Part shown: in pieces, positions 24,321 through 36,359 of the stretch
Numbering within the stretch: position 1 is the first letter of the stretch
Layout: each line of letters opens with the position of its first letter
Source: Selaginella moellendorffii
Lineage: Eukaryota; Plantae; Lycopodiophyta
Direction of reading: 5' to 3'
Length of the DNA: 64,000 nucleotides
Assembly: GCF_000143415.4 (NCBI RefSeq)
Contig: NW_003314317.1
Coordinates: forward strand, 602,296-666,295
Notes under the pieces: generated by a model
Databases searched by the model: none
What the model saw: the letters and a program-made list of their open reading frames with translations, nothing else
What the model was told of the DNA's origin: nothing
Program-made: the position numbers and the translations under genes

Positions 24321-26719
24321 AGATCAAACGCAAGTCAAAGAATGTAAAATTAATAGTGAGAACAACATAAAACAAGAGATAACTGTAATAATGACAATTG
24401 TAATATTAAAGAACACAAAATGTACTAATTTCCTACCTTCCATGCACTTGGTATAATGCTTTAAAATCTTGATGTAAAACTAACGGTGATAACAACTTAA
24501 AATAAAAGATAACTGCATTTTAAATGCATCACTAACAATGTCATCGACTGAGCTTAATTAAGAGATTTTCCAAGTTCAATTGCAATATGCTTGTAGTCCT
24601 TTTCCTCTCGTTGAGACTTTAGTGTTGAATGAATATCCTTTAGAAATTGAAAGATGTTCTCGTGCTTCGCTACATAAAAGAATTCATGGGAGGTGCTCCA
24701 GCTGAGAAACGCAGCAAGTGACGAGAAGTACTTCATCCAACCAGAAGAACATCTGGGCATTCTAGGTTGTGACGGTGATCCAAGCCCCGATGGCGGCTGG
24801 AAAGCCAAGGTGGTGGAGGTTTCCAAGCTCTGCCCTCGGTCTCGAGATCCTTCAAAGTCGAGGTTCTTTGAACATTTATGCATTCGAAATCAGTTATCAG
24901 CTTAAGATCAATAAGTTACATACAAGGATCTCGTGTTTGCATCAAACGCATTGCTTTAAAACTTTCGAGAAGCCCTTGGTGCTCGAGGTTCTTCAGTTCG
25001 ATACGTATACATCTTACATCTGCTTCAGTCAATCCAGATCTGGTGAGACAAAAACCTCAGAACGATATAAAAAAACGTCAGCTTACTTTTTTTCTTGGAG
25101 CTTGATGATATATCTGGATACTTATAGATCGATCGATGTTCTTGGAGTTTGATGTTATATGCACGATGAATGATATCTTGATCGATCTTAGATTGGCTAC
25201 TACCAGTAGTGGCGCTGGCCAGAGACAAGCACTCAGCAGCTGATGGTAATGTTGCAAACAACATGCGCAATGAGACCATCGAGGAATTGGCCCCGGTAAG
25301 CGAGCCAGCGAGCAAGCAACTCCGCCATTCCATCCTGTTGTGGACTGCGAAGAATCCATTGCTCACTACACACAGCAGCCAGTTCCAAGTCCTCAGCCCC
25401 ACCGCCTCAAAGCCCCGCGATCGGTCGTGCGAGAGCTTGGCGAGCATGCATGAATCGGTAGAGCCAAGAGTGATAAAAGAGCTCCTCTTCGATCGGGACC
25501 GCGAGGCAACCGCCAGTTACTCGCAGACAATCCCACGCAGCTCCCATTTTCTTGGAGCCAAAATCCAGGGCAGGATTCCAGGCGGTTCTCATCTCCTGTG
25601 GTCGATTCTCGTCCAGGTAGATGGTCACGAGCCCCACCAAAAAATCCATCTATCACTGCCATAGAGGGATTGAAATAAAAGATGGAGTCCTCTTTCTTCC
25701 TCTACAGGCTGACCTTCCTTGCCATTGCTGCTGCCGAGCTTGGAAGTCTCGGCTTCTTCTTGGCCAACTTCTTTGTGGATGGCTCACGTTCCTGAACTCC
25801 ATTTGCTTCGTTACATGGATCTCCTTACGTCGTTTTCAAGCTCTCAAATCGCATCAACTGCGTGACATGTATCAGATCATCCCCTACAAACCTTATGGCG
25901 AGTAAGGAGGAATACGACATTTGATAAAAGTTCTCTCCACAGCAATTGTATCAACGTTTACGTGGGATTTGGCGTCCACGGTGCATCTCGGCACTCTATA
26001 GCACGGGCTTCCCTCAGAGTTTGGTGGTTCCTGCAGAGGGAATGAAATTTTTGCTCTCAGCACTCTCATTTACAAAGGAAGAGATCTCGTCAGAGTGAAT
26101 CGTCCAAGGACATATTTGATCTGTGTGCTTTGACATCCCCAAGTGCCAAGATATTATCAGAGTGAGAAATTGTTCTTGTCACTGCCTCTCTCTCGGCTTA
26201 GACACTTGGAAGAAAACGCGGACGTCAGCAAAGAGGAAGCATCCAAAGAACTTAACACTCACCTGCATGCGAGATTGTCTTTCCAGTTTCAGAGAAAAAT
26301 AGCGTCAAATTGTTGAGCAATCTCCATAAAGATAGCCAGCGTTTTCCACAGCCTACTCGCATTTCTCCCAGCAAAACCTGTACCAGCACTTGTCCATAGC
26401 ACCCTGTCACTTTTACACGGCAAGGACATGGAAAGAAGCATGAATGTCGTACCACTAGCTGTTTGTAATGAAGTTGAACCATGTGCAACCACTTGAAAAC
26501 ATTTCCCGACTGTCGAGTGTCTTGTCTCCAAGCCGAAGTTGGACGTTCCTGTACGTAGAACCACTTTTGAGAGACGGCATCAGCTGTAAAGAGCTTGTTA
26601 CCCCCCACCTTTGATTCACACACACTAAACGAGTAGAAGTCCTGGGATTTGTGATGAATTGCCTGAAGACCTATTTTGATTCCATTGGAGTCAAAAGAAA
26701 AAAAAGCTTTCTTTACCTA

Positions 26720-27410
26720 TGCTCTCCATCCGCCCATGTCACCGAGTTGCCGTGCGGTCGTGGAACTTGATCGAATGTTAGCTCAAAAGCAATGTACAGG
26801 GACACAACCGAGGTGGTGCCACTCATTGCTTTCAAGAGTTCAAGCAGCATCAGAGGTAAGCTTGTTCACTGTAGATTTCAGAACTTCAACATTCTTACAG
26901 GAGTATCACCAGCAGCCAAAACATCAACTCACATAAATTGAAAACTACCAAAGCTGTGGATGTGCTAGTAATGGTGTGTTATCCTTTTTCTTTACTTTGT
27001 TGTGTGTTCTTCTGCGGGTGTGTGTCCATGGCGTTAGCAAATTGCAGGCATCTTGGCAAGGGTATTCCCGGGTCCTTGAGAATTCCAGAATGAAATGGTG
27101 AGTCTTGGGGAGCAAAAGGATTGAAAACCTTTTCTCATTCTTTGACGCTCTAGACCTTTTCCGCAGAAGAATACTTGGTAGCAACATGCTGAGAAAAGAC
27201 GAGTAAAAAACTAGAGCAGAAAGAGCTAAAGATGAGAGGATTACCTGTTTGTCAAACAATGCAATCTTGATGTTCATCGCGTTTCTTTGCACTCCTTGCT
27301 CTTTCAAGTGCCTTCTTGAACTTCATTCCACCAAAGTCGATGTTTCTGCTGCCGTCAATGACGCACAAATCCCCTCCACAGTGCAAGAATCATTCGTGCT
27401 TGTCGTGCTC
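26720..27410. pseudogene. Scrambled third copy of the 22.2-23.6 kb block (inverted and direct pieces, including the beta-subunit C-terminus)
   Basis: 26721-26775 is the inverse of ~22360-22415; 26778-27003 is the inverse of ~22930-23141; 27040-27092 is a direct copy of 22265-22317; 27110-27410 is a direct copy of 23150-23590 with deletions. Confidence 0.8.
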
Positions 27411-27644
27411 TGCCTGTGTGAATAAGAAAACCAGAAAACGGAAAACAGTTCATCTTTGGAAACGCTCTTACTCCTTCCCTCTGCCGCACTCATAGATCAG
27501 CGCCAAATCCACATAAAACTGTGTGCCAGGATGGTGAGAGATGATGAAAGAAAGCTATTATTTAGGAAATTTAACATAATAACATAGAAATGTAGTAGCA
27601 GTTTCCATAACATAATAACTACACGATTCTATACCCTTTTGCAC

Positions 27645-28151
27645 TCAGTTCCATAATACGTGCACGCATTGCAGCTTGACTCTCCCTCCATAAGCAAGAA
27701 TATTTTCTCCAATCATAGTCAGTTGTGAGACTAATTTGGTCTGCTGATTCCAATAGTTTTCCTTCTGGAGATACCTATAAATTTCCAACTTCAAAAAAAT
27801 AAATAATAAACAGTGAAAACCTACCTTCTGGACCAAATACCTCACACATACATCGCTCACACATACATCCTCCATATCATCTGCGGTGTGGTAACCATAA
27901 ATATCATCTTCATCTTCTTCTTCATCATCATCCCAAAGAAAGAGAGCCAGAGCCCTCATACCCTTTTCATCGGGAGGGAAGTATTGCCCTCCTTTAACAA
28001 CAAAGCCCTCAACCTTTTTCGCTTCAATCTTCACAGGGAAGTAATCCCTCTCAGTCACAGGATCGAAGATGGCTGTCTCCTCCACAGAGAAATCCACCAG
28101 ATAACCAGGGTGATTCAATTTCAACAGCATGCTCCGGATAGCTTCTTCCAT
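27645..28151 (-). CDS. Orphan gene family copy 2, unknown function (probably spliced; acidic insert DDDEEEDEDD)
   Basis: Open 168-codon frame from ATG 28151, highly similar at protein level to 21807-22157. Confidence 0.5.
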   Translation of the reverse strand: MEEAIRSMLLKLNHPGYLVDFSVEETAIFDPVTERDYFPVKIEAKKVEGFVVKGGQYFPPDEKGMRALALFLWDDDEEEDEDDIYGYHTADDMEDVCVSDVCVRYLVQKVGFHCLLFIFLKLEIYRYLQKENYWNQQTKLVSQLTMIGENILAYGGRVKLQCVHVLWN

Positions 28152-28867
28152 CCGGACAAACCCTAAAGCCGACCCTAAAAAAGACTGGAGGTTCGAGTCT
28201 TGGATTTCTCATTGAAGGGATCTCTTCGAGTCTTGGATTTCTCATTTGAATGAGCTGCAAAGAAAGCCTTTTTTTCTTCGACCGATGCACTCACAGTGGA
28301 TTTTCAGGGAATTCACCACAAATCCTTCGGTGACAAGAACACAGTCACGGAATGCTACTCACATAAAGTATAATCGGTTAAAGGCCGGGGTGAAGGACTT
28401 ACACTCGTTTTGTCTGCGTAAAGATATGGCCGGGGGTGTAACAAGCTCTCCAAGCTCTCCGTCTCCCAAGAGTGGTTTTACGTCAGAACAGGAACGTACA
28501 AACTGTATATCCGGCGGCTCGGAGACAACGAGACACTCGGCAAAATGCCAGCCGGAGGACGGGAATTCTATTCGACGCTTCAAAGAGGAAGGGATTCCAT
28601 TGTGTCTTTTGTATTAGTTGATTTTTATTGAATCAGACGTCCATCACAGCGTGGGCTTCTTTTAACAAAGAGAATTTAGGGGTTTTGGCGTTGGGAGCTC
28701 GCTCGGCCAAGGGAAGCAATAGTTCTTTACTGGGTCGATGGGTTGCGCTTTCGATCACCTACATTGAGGTATGGATCCTTACCGGTAGATCACAAGCTGC
28801 GAGTAAACATTCCCCGGAATTCGTTTGTGCCGAGTGAGATCTTCGGTTCTTATTTTTCCATGACATA

Positions 28868-28910
28868 GCCACGTGGACCGTGACTATGCCACGTGGAATT
28901 CACACGTGGC
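28868..28910. promoter_or_regulatory. Cluster of three G-box/ABRE-type CACGTG elements
   Basis: GCCACGTGG 28868-28876, GCCACGTGG 28888-28896, CACACGTGGC 28901-28910. Confidence 0.55.
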
Positions 28911-29129
28911 AGCGTTTAAATATTTTTGGCGGGATGGTGCAAGACGGCTGGGCGCTTGCTTTCTTCTGTGATGCGCCTGATGTTCCTATCGTGCTCGAGG
29001 TAATATTTTCAATGCTAGCGAATGAAATCCCCTAACAGCAGATCTCTGGTGCTTTTTCATGCAGGGGCAGAGCCTGCCTTTCATGGACTATCTCAGTAAT
29101 TCTCTCGTCAAGCCAAGGGAAGGAAACCC

Positions 29130-29580
29130 CGTTCAGTTCCAGGCGTTGCTGCTCCCCAGCTTGAAATCGCAATTGCAGGTTTGCTCTCCAAGGTTTTAAG
29201 CCTTTGTAATTGTTTGTTTCAGGGATTATACGACATCAGTGCCTGTAAGCTCGGAGATAACGTTTCCTTGGATGGAGCTCCGTTCCAGGCGTTGCTGCTC
29301 CAGGTTTGTTGCTTTCCATTAACTTAGTGTCATCACAGGACGAGGTTCTAAGTCTTTTGAATTCTTTTGTTCCAGGGATTATACAACATCAGTGCTTGTA
29401 ACATTCCCTTGGATGGAGCTCAGTTCCAGGCCTTGCTGCTCCCCAGCTCGAAATTGCAAATGCAGGTTTGTTAGCTTCATCACAGGACGAGGTTCTAATT
29501 TTCTTTAATTCTTTGTTCCAGGAATTATACAACATCAGTGCTCGTATGCTCGGAGATAAAGCTTACTTGGATGGAACTCG
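29130..29580 (+). repeat. ~3 imperfect tandem copies of a ~140-150 bp exon/intron unit
   Basis: Recurring GTTCCAGGC(G/C)TTGCTGCTCC..CAGGTTTG and CAGG(G/A)ATTATAC(G/A)ACATCAGTGC..TTGGATGGA. Confidence 0.8.
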
Positions 29581-29790
29581 AGCTGCTGCAAGCATGGTTC
29601 AAGAGTCAGATGCGTTTCTCGTCATTGGCTCGACTGTAATGGTTTTACGTCTTGTGAGGTAAGTAGTAGCGTGACTTTTCTGTGACTTTGTGTGTGAATT
29701 GTTTCCCTCTGTCGCCAGTGCCGCTCATAAGGGGAAAACTCGAGCCGACGATATTGCTTGCTTCGAGATGGAGTGTGCTGGTGAAGTGAG
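29540..29790 (+). pseudogene. Fragment of a class II sirtuin (SRT2/SIRT4-like) C-terminus
   Basis: QESDAFLVIGSTVMVLRLVR|..AAHKGKTRADDIACF..AGE resembles plant SRT2 SDAFLVLGSS..FRLVR AAH..TRADD..GE. A second copy lies at ~24240-24320 (-). Confidence 0.7.
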
Positions 29791-30036
29791 TTTGTCAATG
29801 CAACTGTCAAGTCTCTTCCAAGTCGTCAGCATACATCCAATTGGCTGCTGCCCCCACAAAGGCGAGTCACTAGATTCTGTGAAACTATACAATGTAGGAC
29901 TTATAGATTTTCTTGTGCAGGATTTAAGCCCCTGGTGGAGAGATATCTTCTGGGGCACAAGATGGTCAGCTTCTCTATTCCACGGTGAGCATTCGTTTTA
30001 TTTCCCTCATGCTTTTCTTATATCTTTTATGTGTAG

Positions 30037-30809
30037 GAACTATTGGTCTTGCAGTTTTTTGCAAGCAAGGATTTATAGTCTTGTTCGATTCACTCACAAC
30101 TGTTACTGGAGACGACGGAGGTGTAGTTGAGAAGCGGAGGAACTTTAAGAAGATTGTGGAGGTGAGGAGTGAGCCAAGACTTCGAGTTGGCTTTGCTGGC
30201 AACGTGGCTGCGTCTTTACAAGTTATTAAACTCTTGCAAGTCAAGCTAAGTAGGAAAGAGTTAACTCTTCATGAAGCAGCCAAGTTTTTGACGAAGAAGG
30301 CAGGCCTTTATGCAACCACAGATCCAGACTTCGTTGCATCGTTCTTTGTCTACAACGAGAGCATGTTGGTGATGGTCAAGAATGACGGCAACGGGTACAA
30401 GACAACGGAACTTACAAATGAGCATTCCGTAATGGCCATTGGTTCCGGAGCACAACAAGCACAGGTGATTCTGAGACAACCAGTCCGAGGACAGAACCAT
30501 GGAAAGGAGGCGAGTGTTGGAGAAGCTCTTTCGCTGGGTCTCGACGCTTTTGCTCAAGCTTGCATCGAGAATCCCGAATGTGGAGGAGATTTGTGCGTCA
30601 TCGATGGCAGCGAGAACGTCAAGTTATGTGGAAGGAAGTTCAAGAAAGTGCTTGCTCGAGCAGTGTCAGATAATTTTTCCTTCCAGGACAAGAAGCGAGC
30701 AATGCAACGGAATGCTCTGAACATCAGAACTATATTGTTCAAAAAGGTAAACCTCTCGTCTTGTTTGAACTTTAGTAACTCATCTTTTCTCAGGAGGAGG
30801 AAGCTTTAA
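30037..30809 (+). CDS. Divergent proteasome beta-subunit-like protein (mature-domain exon intact), copy 2
   Basis: Acceptor at 30036, then (H)G-TIGLAVFCKQGFIVLFDSLTT...FKKIVEV...VGFAGNVAA...MAIGSGAQQA...ECGGDLCV. This matches the beta-subunit Thr1, Asp17, Lys33, Gly47, GSG(129) and xGG pattern. Confidence 0.72.
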
Positions 30810-33800
30810 CTTCTACTGCTTCGGCCAAGGATTCTCCCGTTGAGAAGGTTGAGAACATCACAGAAGTGGATGGAGTTGTAATGGTCTGTATTTGTGTGGT
30901 CTTTTTGCTTGCTTTGCTTCAGCTCACGATAAATGTGCAGGTGAAAAAACGAGGTGGCTATATGCTTGCCACAGTAATGGTTTGTGGTGTCTTTTTTTTT
31001 GGTTTGCTTTGCTTTACTTTGGCAATTTACAGGTACAAAACCAAGGTGCTTTTACTTTTGCCGCTCTTAGCTTCAATTACAAAACAAGGGTAAGGAATCT
31101 ATATCACATTTATTCTTTAAGGAATTTATTCTTACAGGTTGTGAAAGAAGCGTTCACTGTCCTGCATGATTGTCTGGTTCTAGCAATGGCAAGTCATGTT
31201 TAACTCCAGCAGCTACACTAACAGACTTTGTCATGCTGCAAGCAGTAAAAGAACCAAATATCTTCGAAGCACTATAAGGTCGAGATTGCAAAGGGCCAAT
31301 GTGTATCGCAGATAGAAGAGGAGGCAGTCGCTTCTTTGTTTGTTTGTCTTTTTTGCGTTTGCTCTTGTTCTTGCTGCAGGCCTCTGGAGGAGGGCACGAC
31401 GTGAACGTCGGGCAACGCCATTCCAAATAGCCCGCCTTGTTCTTTGTCGGGACTACAAAGAAATAAAGCGTATTATTTTAAGGGAATTTTTTCTGACCAG
31501 CAGCTTCTACGGGAGCTTGGTAATTGCCTCAGTGGCGATTCCAGCGTGGTGTCGGAGCCAGATAACTCTTTGATCACTGGAAACTTAAAAACTTTATCCC
31601 AAAACAAACAAACAAAATCGAATGCATGTACCAACTGTGATTCCAATGTCAAAACTAGAGCAGATCTGATGGGATCTCTCACCCGCATCGAATGAAAAAT
31701 CATAAAAGAATTAGAGGAAAAGGACCTCTTCAAACTCCTATGTGTGAGTGACACATCTAATCAAAAGAATAGAAGAAAAGGAACTCTTCCTCCTATGTGA
31801 GAGAAAGGTCACACATCTAATGACGGTTATGTATATTGATTAGTAAGTTTCTTGGTAGTTTTAGTTATTAATATCTTTGATTTCATTTTCAAATATGTGA
31901 TATACATGTGTTGTATATTTGTAACTATGTTTAGGCTATTTTTTTCAAGAGACATAATTTAGATAGCTAAAAGACGAATTCAAAATATATTGTCATTATT
32001 GAATGATTACATTAAGAGTTTGATATGTAAAATAAAATAATTATTATATTTCTTGCTCACACACTAGGAAAAATGACTGAAAAATCAAAATATTAGGATA
32101 TAGCAATAAAAATCAATTTTTTAATAATAAATTTTATTATAGCTTAATTTTATATTTCTCTTTTCATGAGGGTGAATATTTCAATCTTGTCAACCAATTA
32201 TAAAAAATATATTTACAAAATATCAATCAACCAATTTCATATATTACTGATTACTCTATGAACTTTTTTTTTTTTAAATTTTGACTATTTAGATAAAAAA
32301 TAAAGTTTTTTCTGAATTTTATTTTCTTTATTTTATAATTTTTGTAATACATTATATTTATTTATACAATTAATTAAAATAATATTAAAATTTTTAATAA
32401 ATATTTTTTAAAAAATTTCTGATGTCTAGATTACTAATTTATCAGTATTATTCTTAACTCTTAAAAGCCAAGAATTGCTACAATGCAATAAGCAATAATT
32501 TATATTTAATATACAAAGGACTTAACAGAATTTTTCATTTCTAAAACCTAATAGAGAAAAATAGGTTGTTTACCAAAGAAAATATTGTAATCTAAACCAA
32601 TTTCAACTGCCATTAGTAGTTGAAGAGGCCAAAAAAGAAAGTTAAATTCCTTAAATGTTCTTTACACAATTGTGGTTATCCCTAGATTAGGAACTTATAA
32701 CTAAGAAATAAAGTTATCCTCAATAGCATATTTGTTAACGCTTTTAAATATCATTTTAGATTTACTTGGTGTTTAAGAAATTTTATGTATTTTTATAATC
32801 TATAAAAACAAGATTAATCTAATTTTACATTAAATAAAAATAAGATTAATCTAAATGAAGAATATTTAAGCATCTTCTTATGTCCACTAGATAAATTCTT
32901 GACTAACCCCTTAAATAAAAAAAAATCTATAATTAGAATCCAAGTATATCATAGGATATACCTCAATCTAAACTAGAGCAAATTTGAAGAAACCCTTACA
33001 TACATAAACATTCTTTTTTTGAAGCAAAATTCTTTTCTAAGCTTTCAAGACTTTTTCTTCCAGAACTGATTGTACAATCTATAAAGTATAAAATAAAGAC
33101 AATTGCTCCTCAGGGATGCATTGACTTACAGTTTCTTTGTGTAACTCCAAAAATGCTTAATTTTCTCTATAGACAGAACAAATTATTGCAAAAAGACAAA
33201 GACTAGCTGGTAGGGTAGAGATGAACAGGGAGAGAAAGCTTGTGATTTGTCCTTTCAAAAGGATAGCTGTGAATTTCATGTAAGGAACATACCTAGAACA
33301 TTCAAGTATATCCTATAATTCCTCAATCTAGTGCCCATGATCGAAGTTATGATTTCAAATTCATTTGTATAATAGTAGTGATATTTCTTATTTATCACTA
33401 ATACAAAATTTATTTAAACTTCCAGAGCAAGTCAAAGAGTGCCAAAGAAGTCCAGAAAACGTTAGTCAGGCTCAATACTAGATCATTGACTTCAATTTTG
33501 TTTTTCAAAGAATGCTAGCTATAGTCAATTTGGTAGTCAATTTTACTTGTCCTAGGTAATTAAAAATCTCTCTATTTGTTACAAGCAACCAAACCATCCT
33601 CATACGGCAATGCCAATGAAGTGGCAATCATCCTCTTGGAGATTACAAAACATCACACACCAACTCGTTCAGATCATGGCTCCAATGCAGTTAGATAAGT
33701 AGTTTAAGTATGGGAGTCCATTCGTCCTACTGACCACACGAGTTACAAAGATATTAATAGCCACTTTGTATCTAGTTTCAGATGCTTCTGAGCCAGGAAA

Positions 33801-34111
33801 GCTCTCATTCTAAAAATCTATTCTTCTTATAATGGCATTGGTTTAGGGTTTCGGGGTAAACCTTTTAGAAGAGGTTTGTGAACAATGTCGTTTATTAACG
33901 TTGGTAAACTTCTTGGAGTTCAGTCCTACACAAACATGGATATTATGCATTTGAGCCATGCATATATGATAAGAAAAAAAGATATTTTTGTTATTATAAG
34001 TTATTTGCACCATTATCAAAAGAAACTACATTATTTATCTTATATTGCAAATAATTCCAATTGTATGCAAATTATTTAACATTAGCCAATGACACCTCTA
34101 AACCTATAAAC

Positions 34112-34622
34112 TTAACTTTTTGCAAATTGCATCAGTTTAGCTTCCAACTCTGGCTTATTTGCCCCAACAATCCTGTGTACCTCCTTTCCCGCAAGCATGA
34201 AAACAAATGTTGGCATCCCCTCTATCCTCCATTCCGCAGCAACATCCTAGATAGAATCATCTACCAGTAGCTAAGAAAAAAGAAGGAAAGAAAAAAACAC
34301 AAAAAACTTGCCTGCAATTGATCAACATCCACCTTGAGGAACACCACCGAGTCGTATGTCTTGGACAAGTCATTGAAGAAAGGTGCAATCATCTTGCAAG
34401 GGGGGCACCAAGCCGCAGTAAAATCAACCACTGCCTGAAAACAAATAAAGTGAAGCCTCAATAGCATGAAAATCACGAATAGAATAAATTGGAAGAGGAA
34501 ACACTGACCAGCTTCTTGGGATTGGAGGTGAGCTCCGAGAATTTGTTGCGCCAGGCCTCTGAGGAGGGCACGACGTGAACGTTGCCCGTGTCTCCAGCGG
34601 CAACAGCGATGGGCGCCTCCAT
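34112..34622 (-). CDS. Thioredoxin h-type (WCPPC), 3 exons
   Basis: Exons 34622-34509, 34434-34312 (123 nt, followed by a GC donor) and 34246-34112; [16 protein letters not shown]...FLKVDVD...GMPTFVF...IVGAN. Confidence 0.95.
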
Positions 34623-35012
34623 TCCAAACAGCGCGCCTCGTCTGATCGCTGCTAGCTGGGAGGAAGACTTACACGCAGTGGCCTTCTTCCACAAGCATCG
34701 CCCAACGTTCATCCTGCCCTAATCATTGTGTGAATAAAGGAAAACGCGATTTATATTTCATTTAACAGGTCTAGGTTTAACGTTAAGCCTTCTATAATTA
34801 ATTTTCTTCATCTTTAAGCCCAATGAAGTTGTAGAGTTTTTCAAATTAATTCCGATCAAGAGAATGAGCTCAGAAACTTTAGACGCGTGAATCTATATCT
34901 CTTTAGCTGCCTGGAATGTTTTGATCGATGATCTTGGTCTCCCTCTGTCCGAACCAAGAAAAAAGAAAAAAAATTTGCTTCCCTCAAAATCTGTAGCTTC
35001 CCAGAGTGCTCT

Positions 35013-36359
35013 CTACTTGAGCCGACGCTTAGATTCGCTGTACAGGATCACTCCAAACACTGTGAGTGTGTAGCCCGCCATGCCAACCACAGACACGGGG
35101 TTCCGGAACAAAAGTATGGACACCACAACGGCCACTGCTCCCTTGGCATTTCCCAGCACCTGTCAAGAACAGAACCATTAAAAGAGCGAGAGATTGAATT
35201 CCACTCAAGATAGGATAGAGAAAGGATAGCGAAACAGAGAAAGAGAAAAGTGATCGATCCTTAGAGCTGTGATTGTTTCGTACCTGGAGAGTCAAAGCGC
35301 TCGTGTGCTTGGTGACGAGGAAGTTAGTGAGGTTAACGAAGTAAGCGGTGGCCGAGTTAACCAGGAGCAAGCCGATGATGGAGAAGTTTGTCCTGGCGAG
35401 CGCGATTGTGATGCCCACCACGTTGGGTTCCATGATCAGCGTCGCCGGCAGCAGCAGCACCACGGCGATCGGTGCCATGTAGAGCAGCAAGTTCATAGAG
35501 TTGAGCTTCTCCCTGGAAGTAAAGTAGGACAAAAACCGCATCAGGGAATAACATTCGAAGGATGCAAACAAGAATTACATAAAGACGAAGAACAGTCGAA
35601 GCAAGCAAACGAGAAGAAGAAAAAAAATGACGCACGGCAAACAGGAGCTGCTAGGAAAGAAAATCGAAGAGCTTCTTACCCCTCGGAGGACAAGAGAATT
35701 CCCTGCAATACCGACTTGAGCGCTCTGGCAGCAGTGGCACTCACGCACATAATGAAACCATAGAGATGAAAGCTTGGCTCGCCCTGGAAACAAAGATTCC
35801 AACAAAAAACACAAAAACAATGAGTGTGAGATGGATCCAATAAAATACGAGAAACAATGGAAAGATCACTCACCCCACTAGCGATGATCACCCCCGTGAC
35901 AACCGGGACGAGCGTAAGATACGTGACCCAGGCCTCCCTCTTGAGCGTCATGAGATACGCAAACACGGCCGTGAAGAAGGGGGTGGTAGCTCCCACGGCC
36001 TGATTGAACGAGACCGGGAGGTAGCGCAGCGAGATGTTCCCACTCACCACCGACGCGCAAAAGATGATGCTCAAAGCCGAGATCTTGACGAACTGCGTCC
36101 TGGATCTGATAGCCTGCATGGGCACAAGCTTGAGCCACGCGATCCCAATGTAGCTGAAGAGTGCGCACGCCGTCATGTGGCACATCGTGAGGAAGATAGG
36201 GTACTTGAAGCCATAGTTGCTGAGGAGATACTTGTTGAGGAGAAGAACACCGATGTTGGACGAGTACCAGGCGCCAATCAACCCTACTGTGAAGACGCTG
36301 CCCGGCGCCATGGCCTGCGACGCCAGGGAGCCCGATCTTAGCAGCTTCTCCTTCTCCAT
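35013..36359 (-). CDS. Nucleotide-sugar / sugar-phosphate translocator family transporter, 4 exons
   Basis: [78 protein letters not shown]; stop 35013-35015. Confidence 0.95.

Noticed and set aside
24554-26650. Several 70-150 aa ORFs suggesting a decayed spliced gene
   Set aside because: No recognisable motifs or consistent exon chain could be built by eye; left unannotated.
31830-33500. Very AT-rich tract as a MITE or Helitron
   Set aside because: I could not identify TIRs, a TSD or a 3' hairpin-CTRR.
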